A stretch of 63,987 nucleotides of DNA, filler included, from an uncultured bacterium (GTDB taxonomy: Bacteria; DAOPZR01): NCBI GenBank assembly GCA_964637655.1. It is 13 parts of 13 records of this genome, joined end to end, with 100 filler letters (N's around TTAATTAATTAA, not from the genome) between each part and the next. Parts side by side here need not be neighbours in the genome. Positions count along the whole stretch, not along the records: positions 36,360 to 41,370 come from CAZWUZ010000278.1; positions 41,471 to 46,462 come from CAZWUZ010000279.1; positions 46,563 to 51,545 come from CAZWUZ010000280.1; 10 more parts are not named here. One strand, written 5' to 3'. The notes below the pieces were generated by a model. The model worked only from the letters and a program-made list of their open reading frames with translations, did no database searches and was not told the origin of the DNA. Of this stretch, positions 39,565 through 49,554 are shown one piece after another (the first letter of the stretch is position 1; every line of letters begins with the position of its first letter). A program made the translations under genes and the position numbers.

Positions 39565-41370
39565 ATGCGCCAGTTCCTGCCGTACGCCGCGCTCGTCGCC
39601 GCCGTGGGCATTGCCGTCCGCCTGTCGGTATTCATCGCCACGGGCGCGGCCGATGACCCCTACCTGCTGGTCGAATCGGCCCAGTACCTGCACGTGGCCG
39701 CCGACTATGCCGACCTGAAGGACGGCGGACGCACAACCCATGACCTGCTGGTCGAATGGCCGGATGGCGCCGACCGTCGTGAGGACACCGTCCTGTCACG
39801 CTGGTTGAGCGGCCGCAGCTACGGTGTGCTCGCCGGCCTCTGGGTGCCTCTGACCGGGCACGGTTTTCCGCTCTCCCTGCAACGCTACTGCCAGTACCTC
39901 ACCATCGCGTATGCCGCGGTGCCGCCCGTCCTGCTCCTCTGGTTCCTGCACCGGCACGCGCCGCGCACAGCGCTGCCGCTCGCCCTGGTTATGGCCACCG
40001 CGTTTCCGCTGGTCGAACGCTCCTGCGGGACAGCGCTCTACAATGAACACCTCGTGCTCATCTTTCTCACCGCCCACGCGCTGCTCTCCTACCGCCTGCT
40101 CAGCGGCGGTACCCGGCACGCCGCGTACAGCGCCGCCGCCTGCCTCGCGCTGGCGCTCGTCGGGTGGAAGGCCGCGCGCTTCTGGTGGACGCTGCACACC
40201 CTTATCCTGCTCGCCTGGTGGCTGCTGCGCCGCGGCACAGATGACCCGCGGCCGCGCCTGCGCCTGCTGCTCATCGTCCAGAGCGTTGCGGCACTACTCG
40301 CGGTCGCGGCCACCCCGCACCTGCGTGAGGACCGCCTGCTGCTCTCCCCGCTCTTCTGGGGCAACACCGTCTGGGGGCTGCTGCTCTTTCTCCCCGCGGC
40401 ACGCGGCCGGTGGCTGCCCGTCGCAGGCGCGGCCCTTGTCGCTGCCATCGCCGCGCTGCTTCCCGCTCCTGCCACCTACGGTCATGTCTGGGCGGTCGTG
40501 GCGGCGCAACTGCAGCACGGTTTCAGCAAGCCGGCTGACCCGCTGCTGCTCACCCCGCTGGCCCGCCTCTACTGGGTCCCGCCCTATCAGCACGCCTCGC
40601 TGCTGCGCTTTGTCAACGATCTCGGCCTGCTTACGCTCTGCGGCCTCGCCGCCGCGCTCTACGCCGCGCGCTGCTGGTGGCGCCAGCGCGATGATACCGC
40701 CCTGCTCCTGCTGCTTGCCGCGCTCGCCACCGGTACCGCCTACGCGCTCTTCTTCAAGACCGTCACCTTCTTCCTGCCGCATCTGCTGCTCCTCCTCGGG
40801 TATGCCGCTGCCGCCCTGCCGCCGCGCCGCACCGCAGGGCTGGCCCTGCTGCTGCTTGCCGTCACCGCCGGTACCACCCTGCTGCGCGAACGCTCGCCGC
40901 TGGTACAGACACTGGTGGCCGCCGGGCTGACCGGCGAGCCGGTCACGCCGGCCGGCAGCGTCGCCGAGCGCAACGAACTCATCGGCTGGTTCGCCGCGCG
41001 GCCGCAGCCGCAAGCCGTCATCGCCCACTACGGCATCGGCTGCGCGCTGCTCGCCTACACGCGCCATCCCATCGTCATGCAGAGCTACTTCGAAACCGCC
41101 CGCGTACGCGACCGCATCCTCGCCTTTGCCGGCGCGCTCTTCGCCGACGAAACCGCCTTCACCGCCTTCGCTGACCGACTGCGCGCCCCTCTCTTCGTCT
41201 GTTCCGCCGACTTGGCGCTGGCCACCGACGCCGGCAGCTACCGCTACCTCGCTGCGGCGCTTGACCGCGACCGCACCTTTGCCGACACCTGCCAGTTCAC
41301 CCCGGAGACGCTGCGCAACTGGCGCCTCGTCTGGCAGAACGGCTTCTATCGTGTCTTTGCCCGCCGCGAC
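39565..41370 (+). CDS. Multi-pass GT-C glycosyltransferase (DPY19/STT3-like); stop not reached before contig end
   Basis: About 12 hydrophobic helices, then a soluble domain ELIGWF...AVIAHY...RHPIVMQSYFE...RDR...NGFYRVF. Confidence 0.6.
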
Positions 41371-41470
41371 NNNNNNNNNNNNNNNNNNNNNNNNNNNNNN
41401 NNNNNNNNNNNNNNTTAATTAATTAANNNNNNNNNNNNNNNNNNNNNNNNNNNNNNNNNNNNNNNNNNNN

Positions 41471-41606
41471 TCTGGGTGTTGAGGGTCGGATCGGCCTGCG
41501 GGATGAGCCCTGCTGAGCCCACCTCGCGATGCCCCTTACTGCCGAAATAGTCGAGGAAGGCGCGGCGCACCTGTGCCCCCGTCCACTTAGTCGTCGTCGC
41601 TGTCAC
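41471..41606 (-). CDS. alaS: Alanine-tRNA ligase N-terminus (3' truncated)
   Basis: [17 protein letters not shown]...LIP..DPTL; conserved recA-recX-alaS order. Confidence 0.88.
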
Positions 41607-42234
41607 TGCCCGTCTCCTTGCGCATCACGCGTGAAATTACTGCTGCATTGAAGCCGCGGCGAGAGAGAAAGGCCCCCAGCCGCCGCCGTTTCGTCATGCC
41701 ATCCAGTCCGCGCAGCCGTCCGGCGATGCGCGCGGCCGCGCTGCAGGCTGCGGTAAAGTCGTCGTCCTCGCTGCCCGCCATCTCCGTCAGCACTTCGCGG
41801 ATAAGGGCGGGCGCCACCCCGCGCCGCCGCAGGTCATGCGCCAGCCGCGCCCTGCCGCAGGGGCGGTGCTGCTGCCGCACGGCCACCAGTTCGCGCGCCA
41901 TGCGCCCGACGTCGATGAGGCGGCGCGCGACAAACAGGTCGAGCGCCTCGTTCACCAGTGCCGGGTCATGCTTCGCCAGCTTGCGCTGCACCTCGGCGCG
42001 CGTGTACTCGCGGCGCTCGAGCAGGCGCATGATGCGCCGGCGGATTTCCTCCGCCTCCGCCTGCCGCAGCAGGTCGGCGCGCTCGTCGTCAGTCAGCCGG
42101 CGCCCGACATGCAGGTTGAACGCGGTGATCAGTTTGCCGCTCACCACCGCGGCGTCTTCACCGTCGAGGTACAGCCGCTGGCGGTCGCCACCACCCCGCG
42201 CCGCGCGCAGCGCGGTTACTGTCGCCTCAGGCAT
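41587..42234 (-). CDS. recX: Regulatory protein RecX
   Basis: [37 protein letters not shown]. Confidence 0.88.
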   Translation of the reverse strand: MPEATVTALRAARGGGDRQRLYLDGEDAAVVSGKLITAFNLHVGRRLTDDERADLLRQAEAEEIRRRIMRLLERREYTRAEVQRKLAKHDPALVNEALDLFVARRLIDVGRMARELVAVRQQHRPCGRARLAHDLRRRGVAPALIREVLTEMAGSEDDDFTAACSAAARIAGRLRGLDGMTKRRRLGAFLSRRGFNAAVISRVMRKETGSDSDDD

Positions 42235-42763
42235 CACGGAACGGGCGGCGGGTACGCATCCGCAGCCGCGGATAGACCTTACGCCGATGGTCGATTTCCC
42301 AGATCCGCACTTCCTGCTCCCGCACTTCATACACGATGCGATAGTTCCCCACGCGCAGCTTGCGCAGTCCGCTCAAGTCCCTGGCCAGCGCCTCGCCGAA
42401 ACGCAGCGGGTCGACTGCCAGGCGTTCCAGCGCCGCCTGCTGCAGGCGCAGTTGCATGTTGCGCGGCACGTCAGCAACATCAGCCAGCGCGCCGCGATGG
42501 TAGCGCAGCCGGTAGTCCGGCATTCCGCGCGATCCGGCCCGATGCCAGAACTCGTCATGCCCCAGCCAGCGCGCCGGCTGCCGCCGGCGCTTCTCCGCCA
42601 GTGCCAGCAGGTCGGCGTCTTCATCGCGCTCGATGCCGTCGCGTACCAGGTCGCGCACCTTCTGCGACAGCGACACGCCGTCCCGGCGCGCCAGGCGCGA
42701 CAGCCGTTGCGCCAGCGGTTTTTCCAGCACCGTCAGAATGCGTTGCGAGGCCACCTGACCCAT
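42227..42763 (-). CDS. RHH-type antitoxin fused in frame to a RelE/ParE toxin
   Basis: N-half RLSRLARRDGVSLSQKVRDLVRDGIERDED; C-half from Met 42523 with LSGLRKLRVGNYRIVYEV...IDHRRKVY; no stop between them. Confidence 0.8.
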   Translation of the reverse strand: MGQVASQRILTVLEKPLAQRLSRLARRDGVSLSQKVRDLVRDGIERDEDADLLALAEKRRRQPARWLGHDEFWHRAGSRGMPDYRLRYHRGALADVADVPRNMQLRLQQAALERLAVDPLRFGEALARDLSGLRKLRVGNYRIVYEVREQEVRIWEIDHRRKVYPRLRMRTRRPFRDA

Positions 42764-42784
42764 TGCCCACCTCCGTCCGTCAGC

Positions 42785-42814
42785 AATGTATCATATCTGA
42801 TACCGTTCGGTCAA
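42785..42814 (-). promoter_or_regulatory. TA promoter with overlapping operator palindrome
   Basis: TTGACC-18 bp-TACATT; inverted repeat GTATCA-N4-TGATAC at 42788-42803. Confidence 0.6.
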
Positions 42815-43034
42815 AACTCCCGCAGGCAGTGGGTGGTTATGGCGCGCCGCATGCCGCACCATCGGGCGCGACTCCGTACGCGGATGGATAACCGTAGTGC
42901 GCGACCGCGGCTGCGCCTGTGCCGACCGTTAACGTAATGCGGGAGCGCGTGTGCGCACATACGCGGATGGATTATCGTGGTGCGCGACTCCGGTTGCGGA
43001 CGAGCATACCGGAAAACGTCAGGAGGAGCGCAGT

Positions 43035-43067
43035 AAAATCCCGTTCCCGCAACAGCGCGGGAACGGG
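43035..43067 (-). terminator. Intrinsic terminator after recA
   Basis: 11-bp stem CCCGTTCCCGC/GCGGGAACGGG followed by ATTTT on the minus strand. Confidence 0.65.
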
Positions 43068-43082
43068 TGCATGGTGCGGCGG

Positions 43083-44120
43083 TTACTTGTCGGCGGGCGC
43101 CTCGACCTCCGTGGTGCCGATGCCGAGCCCGAGTTTGACCTTCGTGGTGATCTCCTCGGCCAGCGCGGCATCCTCCTCGAGCAGTGCGAGCAGCGCGTCA
43201 CGGCCCTGCGACAGTTTGCGGTCGCCGTAGCTGAACCAGGCACCGCTCTTCTCGATGATGTTCTGTTCGACGGCGAGATCGGCAATGCAACCGAAACGCG
43301 AGATGCCCTTATTGAAGAGGATGTCGAACTCCGCCTGGCGGAAGGGGGCCGCCATCTTGTTCTTGACCACCTTGACGCGGCAGCGCATGCCGTACGCCTC
43401 GGTGCCCTTCTTCAGCGTCTCGATGCGGCGCACGTCGAGCCGGGTCGAGGCGTAGAACTTGAGCGCGCGCCCGCCCGGTGTCGTTTCCGGACTGCCGAAC
43501 ATGACCCCGATCTTTTCGCGCAGCTGGTTGGTGAAGACCATCGAGGTGTTCGACTTGGCGATGACACTCGTCAGTTTGCGCAGCGCCTGCGACATCAGGC
43601 GCGCCTGCACACCGACCGATGATTCGCCCATCTCGTTGTCGAGTTCGCCCTGCGTGACCAGCGCGGCGACCGAGTCCACCACGACGATGTCGACGGCACC
43701 CGAGCGCACGAACTGCTCGGCGATTTCGAGCGCCTGCTCGCCCGTGTCGGGCTGCGAGATGTACATCTCGTCGATGTCGACCCCGAGCCGTTTCGCGTAC
43801 TCCGGGTCGAGCGCGTGCTCGACGTCGATGAAGACCGCCGTGCCGCCCGCCTTCTGCGCCTCGGCAATGATGTGCAGCGTCAGCGTCGTCTTGCCCGCCG
43901 ATTCCGGCCCGAAGATCTCCGTCACGCGCCCGCGCGGGATGCCGCCGATGCCGATGGCCGCGTCAAGCGTCAGCGCCCCCGTGGAGATGGCGGCGACCGG
44001 GACATGTCCGCGGTCACCCATCTTCATCACCGTCCCCGTGCCGTAGCGATTCTCCAGCGCGCTGAGCGTCGCTTCGAGCACCTTTTCCTTCTCGCTTTTC
44101 ACATCCTTTTCCTTTGCCAT
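43083..44120 (-). CDS. recA: Recombinase RecA
   Basis: [50 protein letters not shown]. Confidence 0.98.
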   Translation of the reverse strand: MAKEKDVKSEKEKVLEATLSALENRYGTGTVMKMGDRGHVPVAAISTGALTLDAAIGIGGIPRGRVTEIFGPESAGKTTLTLHIIAEAQKAGGTAVFIDVEHALDPEYAKRLGVDIDEMYISQPDTGEQALEIAEQFVRSGAVDIVVVDSVAALVTQGELDNEMGESSVGVQARLMSQALRKLTSVIAKSNTSMVFTNQLREKIGVMFGSPETTPGGRALKFYASTRLDVRRIETLKKGTEAYGMRCRVKVVKNKMAAPFRQAEFDILFNKGISRFGCIADLAVEQNIIEKSGAWFSYGDRKLSQGRDALLALLEEDAALAEEITTKVKLGLGIGTTEVEAPADK

Positions 44121-44225
44121 GGTGGTCCTCCCATCGGCGCCCTGCGGCGCCACGTTCTGTTGTGCGGGCGCCTCTGCGCCCTGTGCCGGTATATACGGCG
44201 CGTCAGTGCGCCGCGTTGCAGATCG

Positions 44226-45563
44226 TCACAAGATGCCGTATTTCATCATCTTGGCGCGGAGCGTCTTGCGCGTCACGCCGAGCATCTCGGCCGTGCGCGT
44301 GATGTTGCGCTTGTGCTCGGTCAGTGCCCGCTGAATAACCACCTTCTCCGCCTGCTCAAGGCTGAGCGAGCCGTCAAGGTCCGGCTGGGGGACGGGCGTC
44401 TGCAGCCGCCGCTGCACCAGCGCGGCGGGAATTTCGTCCTGGTCCGCGAGAATGACCGAACTCTCGATGACGTTTTCCAGTTCGCGGATATTGCCCGGCC
44501 AGTGGTAGCGCTGCAGCAGTTCCAGCGCGCGTTCCGCCAGCGCCAGGCGGGGACGTCCGAGTTTGAGCCGCGCCTGCTGCAGGAAATGCGCCGCGAGCAA
44601 CGGGATGTCCTCGGGACGCTCGCGCAGCGGCGGCAGGACGATGGGAACGACATTGAGGCGGTAGAACAGGTCCTCGCGGAACTGCCCGGCGGCAATTGCC
44701 TGCTCGAGGTTGACTCCGGTGGCGGCGACGATGCGCACGTCGGTGCGCAGCGATGCGGTGCCCCCGACCCGCTCGAACGTCTGCTCCTGCAGCACGCGCA
44801 GCAGTTTCGCCTGCAGTTCGTACTTGAGCGAGCCGATCTCGTCGAGGAAGAGCGTGCCGCGGTCGGCGACTTCGAAGCGCCCCTGCTTGGTGGCGGTGGC
44901 GCCGGTAAACGCCCCCTTCTCATGCCCGAACAGTTCGCTCTCGAGCAGGTTGTCGGGGATGGCGGCGCAGTTGACCGCGACGAACCGCTCGCCGCTGCGC
45001 CGGCTGTTGAAGTGGATGGCGCGGGCAATCAGTTCCTTGCCCGTTCCCGACTCGCCGCGCACCAGCACCGGCACGTCGTTGTCCAGCACGCGCGCGACGG
45101 TGCCGAGCACCTCGCGCATCAGCTTGCTCTCGCCGATGATGCTGGCGAACGTGTACTTCTGGCGCAGTTCCGTGCGCAATTCGCTCACCTCGCGCTGCAG
45201 CTGGTACTTTTCCAGCGCGCGCCGCAGCAGGTACTTGAGGTGCTCGATTTCGAAGGGCTTGACCAGGTAGTCATAGGCGCCGAGTTTCATCGCCTGCACC
45301 GCCGTGCCGACATCCTTGTTGGCGGTGATCATCACCACGATCTGTTCCGCGTCCGCCGTCTTGATCGCGCGCAGCACCTCGATGCCGTCGCGTTTCGGCA
45401 GGCGCACGTCGAGCAGCACCAGGTGCGGCTGGTGGTCGCGGTAGCGCAGCAGCGCCTCGTCGCCGTCAGCGGCCGCGGTCAGGTCGTAGTCGTCCGCCAG
45501 CGCCTCGCGGAACAGTTCAACGATGTCGGGGTCGTCGTCAACGACCAGCAGGCGGCAGCGCAT
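44226..45563 (-). CDS. NtrC/AtoC-type sigma54-dependent response regulator
   Basis: Receiver domain, [25 protein letters not shown]. Confidence 0.95.
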   Translation of the reverse strand: MRCRLLVVDDDPDIVELFREALADDYDLTAAADGDEALLRYRDHQPHLVLLDVRLPKRDGIEVLRAIKTADAEQIVVMITANKDVGTAVQAMKLGAYDYLVKPFEIEHLKYLLRRALEKYQLQREVSELRTELRQKYTFASIIGESKLMREVLGTVARVLDNDVPVLVRGESGTGKELIARAIHFNSRRSGERFVAVNCAAIPDNLLESELFGHEKGAFTGATATKQGRFEVADRGTLFLDEIGSLKYELQAKLLRVLQEQTFERVGGTASLRTDVRIVAATGVNLEQAIAAGQFREDLFYRLNVVPIVLPPLRERPEDIPLLAAHFLQQARLKLGRPRLALAERALELLQRYHWPGNIRELENVIESSVILADQDEIPAALVQRRLQTPVPQPDLDGSLSLEQAEKVVIQRALTEHKRNITRTAEMLGVTRKTLRAKMMKYGIL

Positions 45564-46462
45564 CGCTTCGCTCCTTGTCGCGCAGCATCGGCAGGGTAAT
45601 GGTGAAGGTCGTGCCGTGCCCGATTTCGCTCTTGACGTCGATCAGTCCGGCATGTTCCTCGATGATGCGGTAACTGATGGCGAGGCCCAGGCCGGTGCCG
45701 TGCGCCTTGGTGGTAAAAAACGGGTTGTAGATGCGCCCGAGGATCTCGGGGGGGATCCCCTGCCCGTTGTCGCTGATGACCACCTTGGCCGCCACGCCCT
45801 CGAGCGCGGTGCGGATGGCCAGGGTGCCCCCCTGCGGCATGGCGTCAATGGCGTTGACCACGATGTTGAGGAAGACCTGTTCGAGCCCGTGCGCGTCGCC
45901 GTGCACCCACAGTTCGTCCGCCAGGTCGCGCGTCACCGTGACGTGATGCTTGTCGCACTGGTGCTCGACGAGCAGGAAGACCTGGTGCAGCACGCGGTTG
46001 AGGTCGCAGGGGGCGAAGGTGCGCACCTTGGGTGCGGCGAACGACAGCATCCCCTCGACGATCTGGTTGAGCCGGTCGACCTCGTTGTTGACGATGGCGG
46101 TGAACTTCTGGCGGAACTGCGCGTTGTCGTACTTCTGCGGCAGCAGCTGGGCGAAGCCCTTGAGCGAGGTGAGCGGGTTCTTGATCTCGTGCGCGATGCC
46201 CGCCGACAGTTCGCCGAGCACCGCCATGCGCTCCGCGCGCTGCATCTGCGTCTCGAGGTTCTTCTCCAGCGTCACGTCCTCGAGCACGATGACGTCGCCG
46301 ATTGCCTCCGTCCCCTTCAGCCGCAGCGGCGACTGACGCACCTTGATGATGCGCCCCTCGCCGAGATGTCCGACCGTGACCTCGTAGGGGCCGGGCCAGC
46401 CGGTCTGCGGGGTCGGGCGGCGGTAGCGCACCGTGGCCAGCCGTTCCATCATCTCCGCGTAG
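45538..46462 (-). CDS. Sensor histidine kinase (5' truncated)
   Basis: AHEIKNPL, QVFLNIVVNA, DNGQG, FFTTK, GTGLGL. Confidence 0.93.
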
Positions 46463-46562
46463 NNNNNNNNNNNNNNNNNNNNNNNNNNNNNNNNNNNNNN
46501 NNNNNNTTAATTAATTAANNNNNNNNNNNNNNNNNNNNNNNNNNNNNNNNNNNNNNNNNNNN

Positions 46563-46615
46563 GGGTGGGTCACTTTCAACCGCCCACGGTGGGTCACTTT
46601 AACCGCCCGCTGACA
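46563..46615. mobile_element. Terminal end of an IS21-family element
   Basis: Two GTGGGTCACTTT..AACCGCCC subterminal repeats ending ...GCTGACA (5'-TGTCAGC on the minus strand), at the contig edge. Confidence 0.75.
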
Positions 46616-46798
46616 ATTTGGGAAACGGGCTTTGGGAATTGAAGACTCGGTCGCGAAATGAGCAACATCGAGTATTCTATTGCGTAAGCCCGGGGTATTC
46701 TTTGGCTATTGCACGCCATAACAAAAAAATCAGGGAAGGCACCGCGCCATGATATTGAGTTAGCTTACAGGCGCATGCGGGAGGTTGGGCGATCATGA
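46616..46798 (+). pseudogene. RelE/HigB (Gp49-like) toxin remnant, IS-truncated and frameshifted
   Basis: LGNGLWELKTRSRNEQHRVFYCV, then a +1 shift to ARGILWLLHAITKKSGKAPRHDIELAYRRMRE. Confidence 0.75.
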
Positions 46799-47094
46799 AT
46801 AAGAAGATCAAGGGGCAGAGTTTCGACGCGCATATGAATGTGCTGCGGCAGAAAAACCCGGCGTTTCGAACAGCCTATGGCAAAGCCTTGGGGCGGATGC
46901 CGGTGTCGACCCAACTTGCAGTCGCTCGGCGCGAAGCCGGACTGACCCAGGAAACGCTTGCCCGGCGACTGCGCATTTCCCAGTCTGCGCTTGCGCAGGT
47001 CGAGCGCCCTGATGGTAATCCCACCGTGCAGACCGTTGAAAAGATCGCACATCTGTTGGGTTATCAACTAATCCTGCAGCCTGCCCATCCATAA
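46795..47094 (+). CDS. HigA-like XRE HTH antitoxin
   Basis: ARREAGLTQETLARRLRISQSALAQVE...NPTVQTVEKIA; ATGA overlap with the toxin remnant. Confidence 0.85.
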   Translation: MNKKIKGQSFDAHMNVLRQKNPAFRTAYGKALGRMPVSTQLAVARREAGLTQETLARRLRISQSALAQVERPDGNPTVQTVEKIAHLLGYQLILQPAHP

Positions 47095-47193
47095 CTGCAT
47101 CATGCAATCAGGAGGCGAGGCGGCTAACTTCGCGCCGAGCGGGCGCAACCAACAACAGCGCCCGCTGAGCGCTCATCGTTGCGCCGGAGCACC

Positions 47194-47577
47194 ATGAAAC
47201 ATAAACCGCCACCAACATACGACAGCGAAGTGCTGGGGCTCCTCGCGTATGAATTTCCTGCTTCCGACAGGGAGGACACGAACGACAACATCAGGAAGCG
47301 CTTGCGGCGGAAGAAACTCGGGGAGTATGATCCCGCCCGCATCCAATTGCTGCGCGGGTTCAAAGAACAGGTGCGACGGGAAATACACCAGCAGGAAAAA
47401 TCCGGTTACTATCAGGGGGCGGCCGACAGCAAGGTGCGGCTCCAGAAATATGCGGAGATGGGCGACTTTGACATCCCGCGGTTGACGGCGGACATGATCG
47501 CGGCTTATCCCGGCATTCCCGGCGCGGAAATCGAACGGTTCGTACCGTTTGCCGTTTTCATCTATCACCTGCTCTGA
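47194..47577 (+). CDS. Hypothetical protein
   Basis: GGAG RBS; 127-aa ORF with plausible composition. Confidence 0.6.
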   Translation: MKHKPPPTYDSEVLGLLAYEFPASDREDTNDNIRKRLRRKKLGEYDPARIQLLRGFKEQVRREIHQQEKSGYYQGAADSKVRLQKYAEMGDFDIPRLTADMIAAYPGIPGAEIERFVPFAVFIYHLL

Positions 47578-47702
47578 CACAACAGAAAAACCGGGCCATG
47601 CATCTCAGCGTTTCACCGTACTCGTGGCACAGGCCGAACGCCAGCGTCAAGACATTGCACTCGACCGAACGGGTTCCCGTCCGCTAACCCCGCCTGCACA
47701 AA

Positions 47703-47730
47703 CTGCGCTGCGGGAAACCCCGCAGCGCAG
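47703..47730. terminator. Hairpin between convergent genes (probable terminator)
   Basis: CTGCGCTGCGGG-aaac-CCCGCAGCGCAG. Confidence 0.55.
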
Positions 47731-47748
47731 CGTGAACGTGCCTGATTC

Positions 47749-49155
47749 TCAGTAGCGGTAATGCTCGGGCTTGTACGGGCCCTCTACCGGAACCCCGATA
47801 TAGTCGGCCTGCTTCTTCGACAGTTTCGTCAGCTTGACGCCGATCTTGCCGAGGTGCAGGCGCGCCACTTCCTCGTCGAGTTTCTTCGACAGGCGCGTGA
47901 CGCCCAGCGCGTGGTTCTCCGTCCAGAGCGAGATCTGCGCCAGCGTCTGGTTGGTGAAGGAGTTGGACATGACGAACGACGGGTGCCCCGTGGCGCAGCC
48001 GAGATTGACCAGCCGCCCCTCGGCGAGCAGGTACATGCTGCGGCCGCTGGGGAGGTCGTAGCGGTCGACCTGCGGCTTGATGTTGACCCGCTTGACCCCG
48101 CGCTGGCGGTTGAGGCGCTCCACCTGGATTTCGTTGTCAAAATGCCCGATGTTGCAGACAATCGCCTGGTCCTTCATCTTGAGCATGTGCTCGAGGGTGA
48201 TGACCTCGCAGTTGCCGGTGGTCGTGACATAGATGTCGCCCCAGCCGAGCGTCTCTTCGAGCGTCGTCACCTGATAGCCCTCCATCGACGCCTGCAGCGC
48301 GCAGATAGGGTCTATCTCAGTAACCACCACGCGGGCGCCCTGCCCGCGCATCGCCTGCGCGCACCCCTTGCCGACGTCGCCATAGCCGGCGATGACCACG
48401 ACTTTGCCCGACAGCATGACATCCATCGCGCGCATCAGCCCGTCCGGCAGCGAGTGGCGGCAGCCGTAGAGGTTATCGAACTTCGACTTGGTGACCGAGT
48501 CGTTGACATTGATGGCCGGGAAGAGGAGTTCCCCGCGTTCCGCCAGCTGGTAGAGGCGGTGCACCCCGGTGGTCGTCTCCTCGGAGACGCCACGCACGCC
48601 CGCAGCCATGCGCTTCCAGATGCCCGGGTACTTTTTCAGCGTGCGCTGCAGGATCTTCTTGAGTTCGGCGAAATCCTCGCCGTCGTTCTTGTCCGCCTTG
48701 AGCACCGCCGCGTTCTGCTCCGCCTGCAGCCCGAGGTGGATCATCATCGTCGCATCGCCGCCGTCGTCGACGATCAGGTCGGGCCCGCGCTTGCCGTCGA
48801 AGAGCAGCGCCTGCAGCGTGCATTCCCAGTACTCGGCCAGGGTCTCGCCCTTCCACGCGAACACGGGCACACCCGATTTGGCGATGGCCGCCGCGGCATG
48901 GTCCTGCGTCGAGAAGATATTGCACGAGGCCCAGCGCACCTGCGCCCCGAGCGCGCGCAGCGTCTCGATGAGCACCGCGGTCTGGATGGTCATGTGCAGC
49001 GAGCCGGTGATGCGCGCGCCGCGCAGCGGCTGCTTCTTCGCGTACTTCTCGCGCACGGCCATCAGGCCGGGCATCTCATGCTCGGCAATTTCCATTTCCT
49101 TCCGCCCCCACTGCCACAGGGACAGGTCCTTCACACAGTAGTCGCACTTCGCCAT
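47749..49155 (-). CDS. ahcY: Adenosylhomocysteinase
   Basis: [51 protein letters not shown]. Confidence 0.98.
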   Translation of the reverse strand: MAKCDYCVKDLSLWQWGRKEMEIAEHEMPGLMAVREKYAKKQPLRGARITGSLHMTIQTAVLIETLRALGAQVRWASCNIFSTQDHAAAAIAKSGVPVFAWKGETLAEYWECTLQALLFDGKRGPDLIVDDGGDATMMIHLGLQAEQNAAVLKADKNDGEDFAELKKILQRTLKKYPGIWKRMAAGVRGVSEETTTGVHRLYQLAERGELLFPAINVNDSVTKSKFDNLYGCRHSLPDGLMRAMDVMLSGKVVVIAGYGDVGKGCAQAMRGQGARVVVTEIDPICALQASMEGYQVTTLEETLGWGDIYVTTTGNCEVITLEHMLKMKDQAIVCNIGHFDNEIQVERLNRQRGVKRVNIKPQVDRYDLPSGRSMYLLAEGRLVNLGCATGHPSFVMSNSFTNQTLAQISLWTENHALGVTRLSKKLDEEVARLHLGKIGVKLTKLSKKQADYIGVPVEGPYKPEHYRY

Positions 49156-49194
49156 CGTCATCTCTCCGTTTCGTTTCACCGTCCGCGCCGCGGG

Positions 49195-49554
49195 TCAGTC
49201 ACCCGCACCGAACGCGTTCCGGATATGTTCCACCCGGCAGCCGCCGTCCAGCGGCCCCGTCAGTCCCACCACATCAAGACGTATCGCGCCGTCCTGCCCG
49301 TGCTGCGCGCACCAGCAGGCGGCCGCCCGCGCCAGGCGCGCCCGCTTGCGCGCGTCGACCGCGGCGAGCGGACTGTCCGCGACATGCCGCTCGCGCCACT
49401 TCACCTCGACAAAGACCAGCGTTTCCCCCTCGCGGCAGACGAGGTCGAGTTCCCCTGCCGCGGTGCGCGCGTTGCGCGCCAGCACCGTCCATCCCTGCCG
49501 CTCGAGCCAGGCCGCGGCGAACGCCTCACCCGCGCGCCCGCGCGGGGCGGTCAC
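49195..49554 (-). CDS. YraN family protein
   Basis: GRAGE...LARNAR...GELDLV...VFVEVK...RLDVV. Confidence 0.9.
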   Translation of the reverse strand: MTAPRGRAGEAFAAAWLERQGWTVLARNARTAAGELDLVCREGETLVFVEVKWRERHVADSPLAAVDARKRARLARAAACWCAQHGQDGAIRLDVVGLTGPLDGGCRVEHIRNAFGAGD

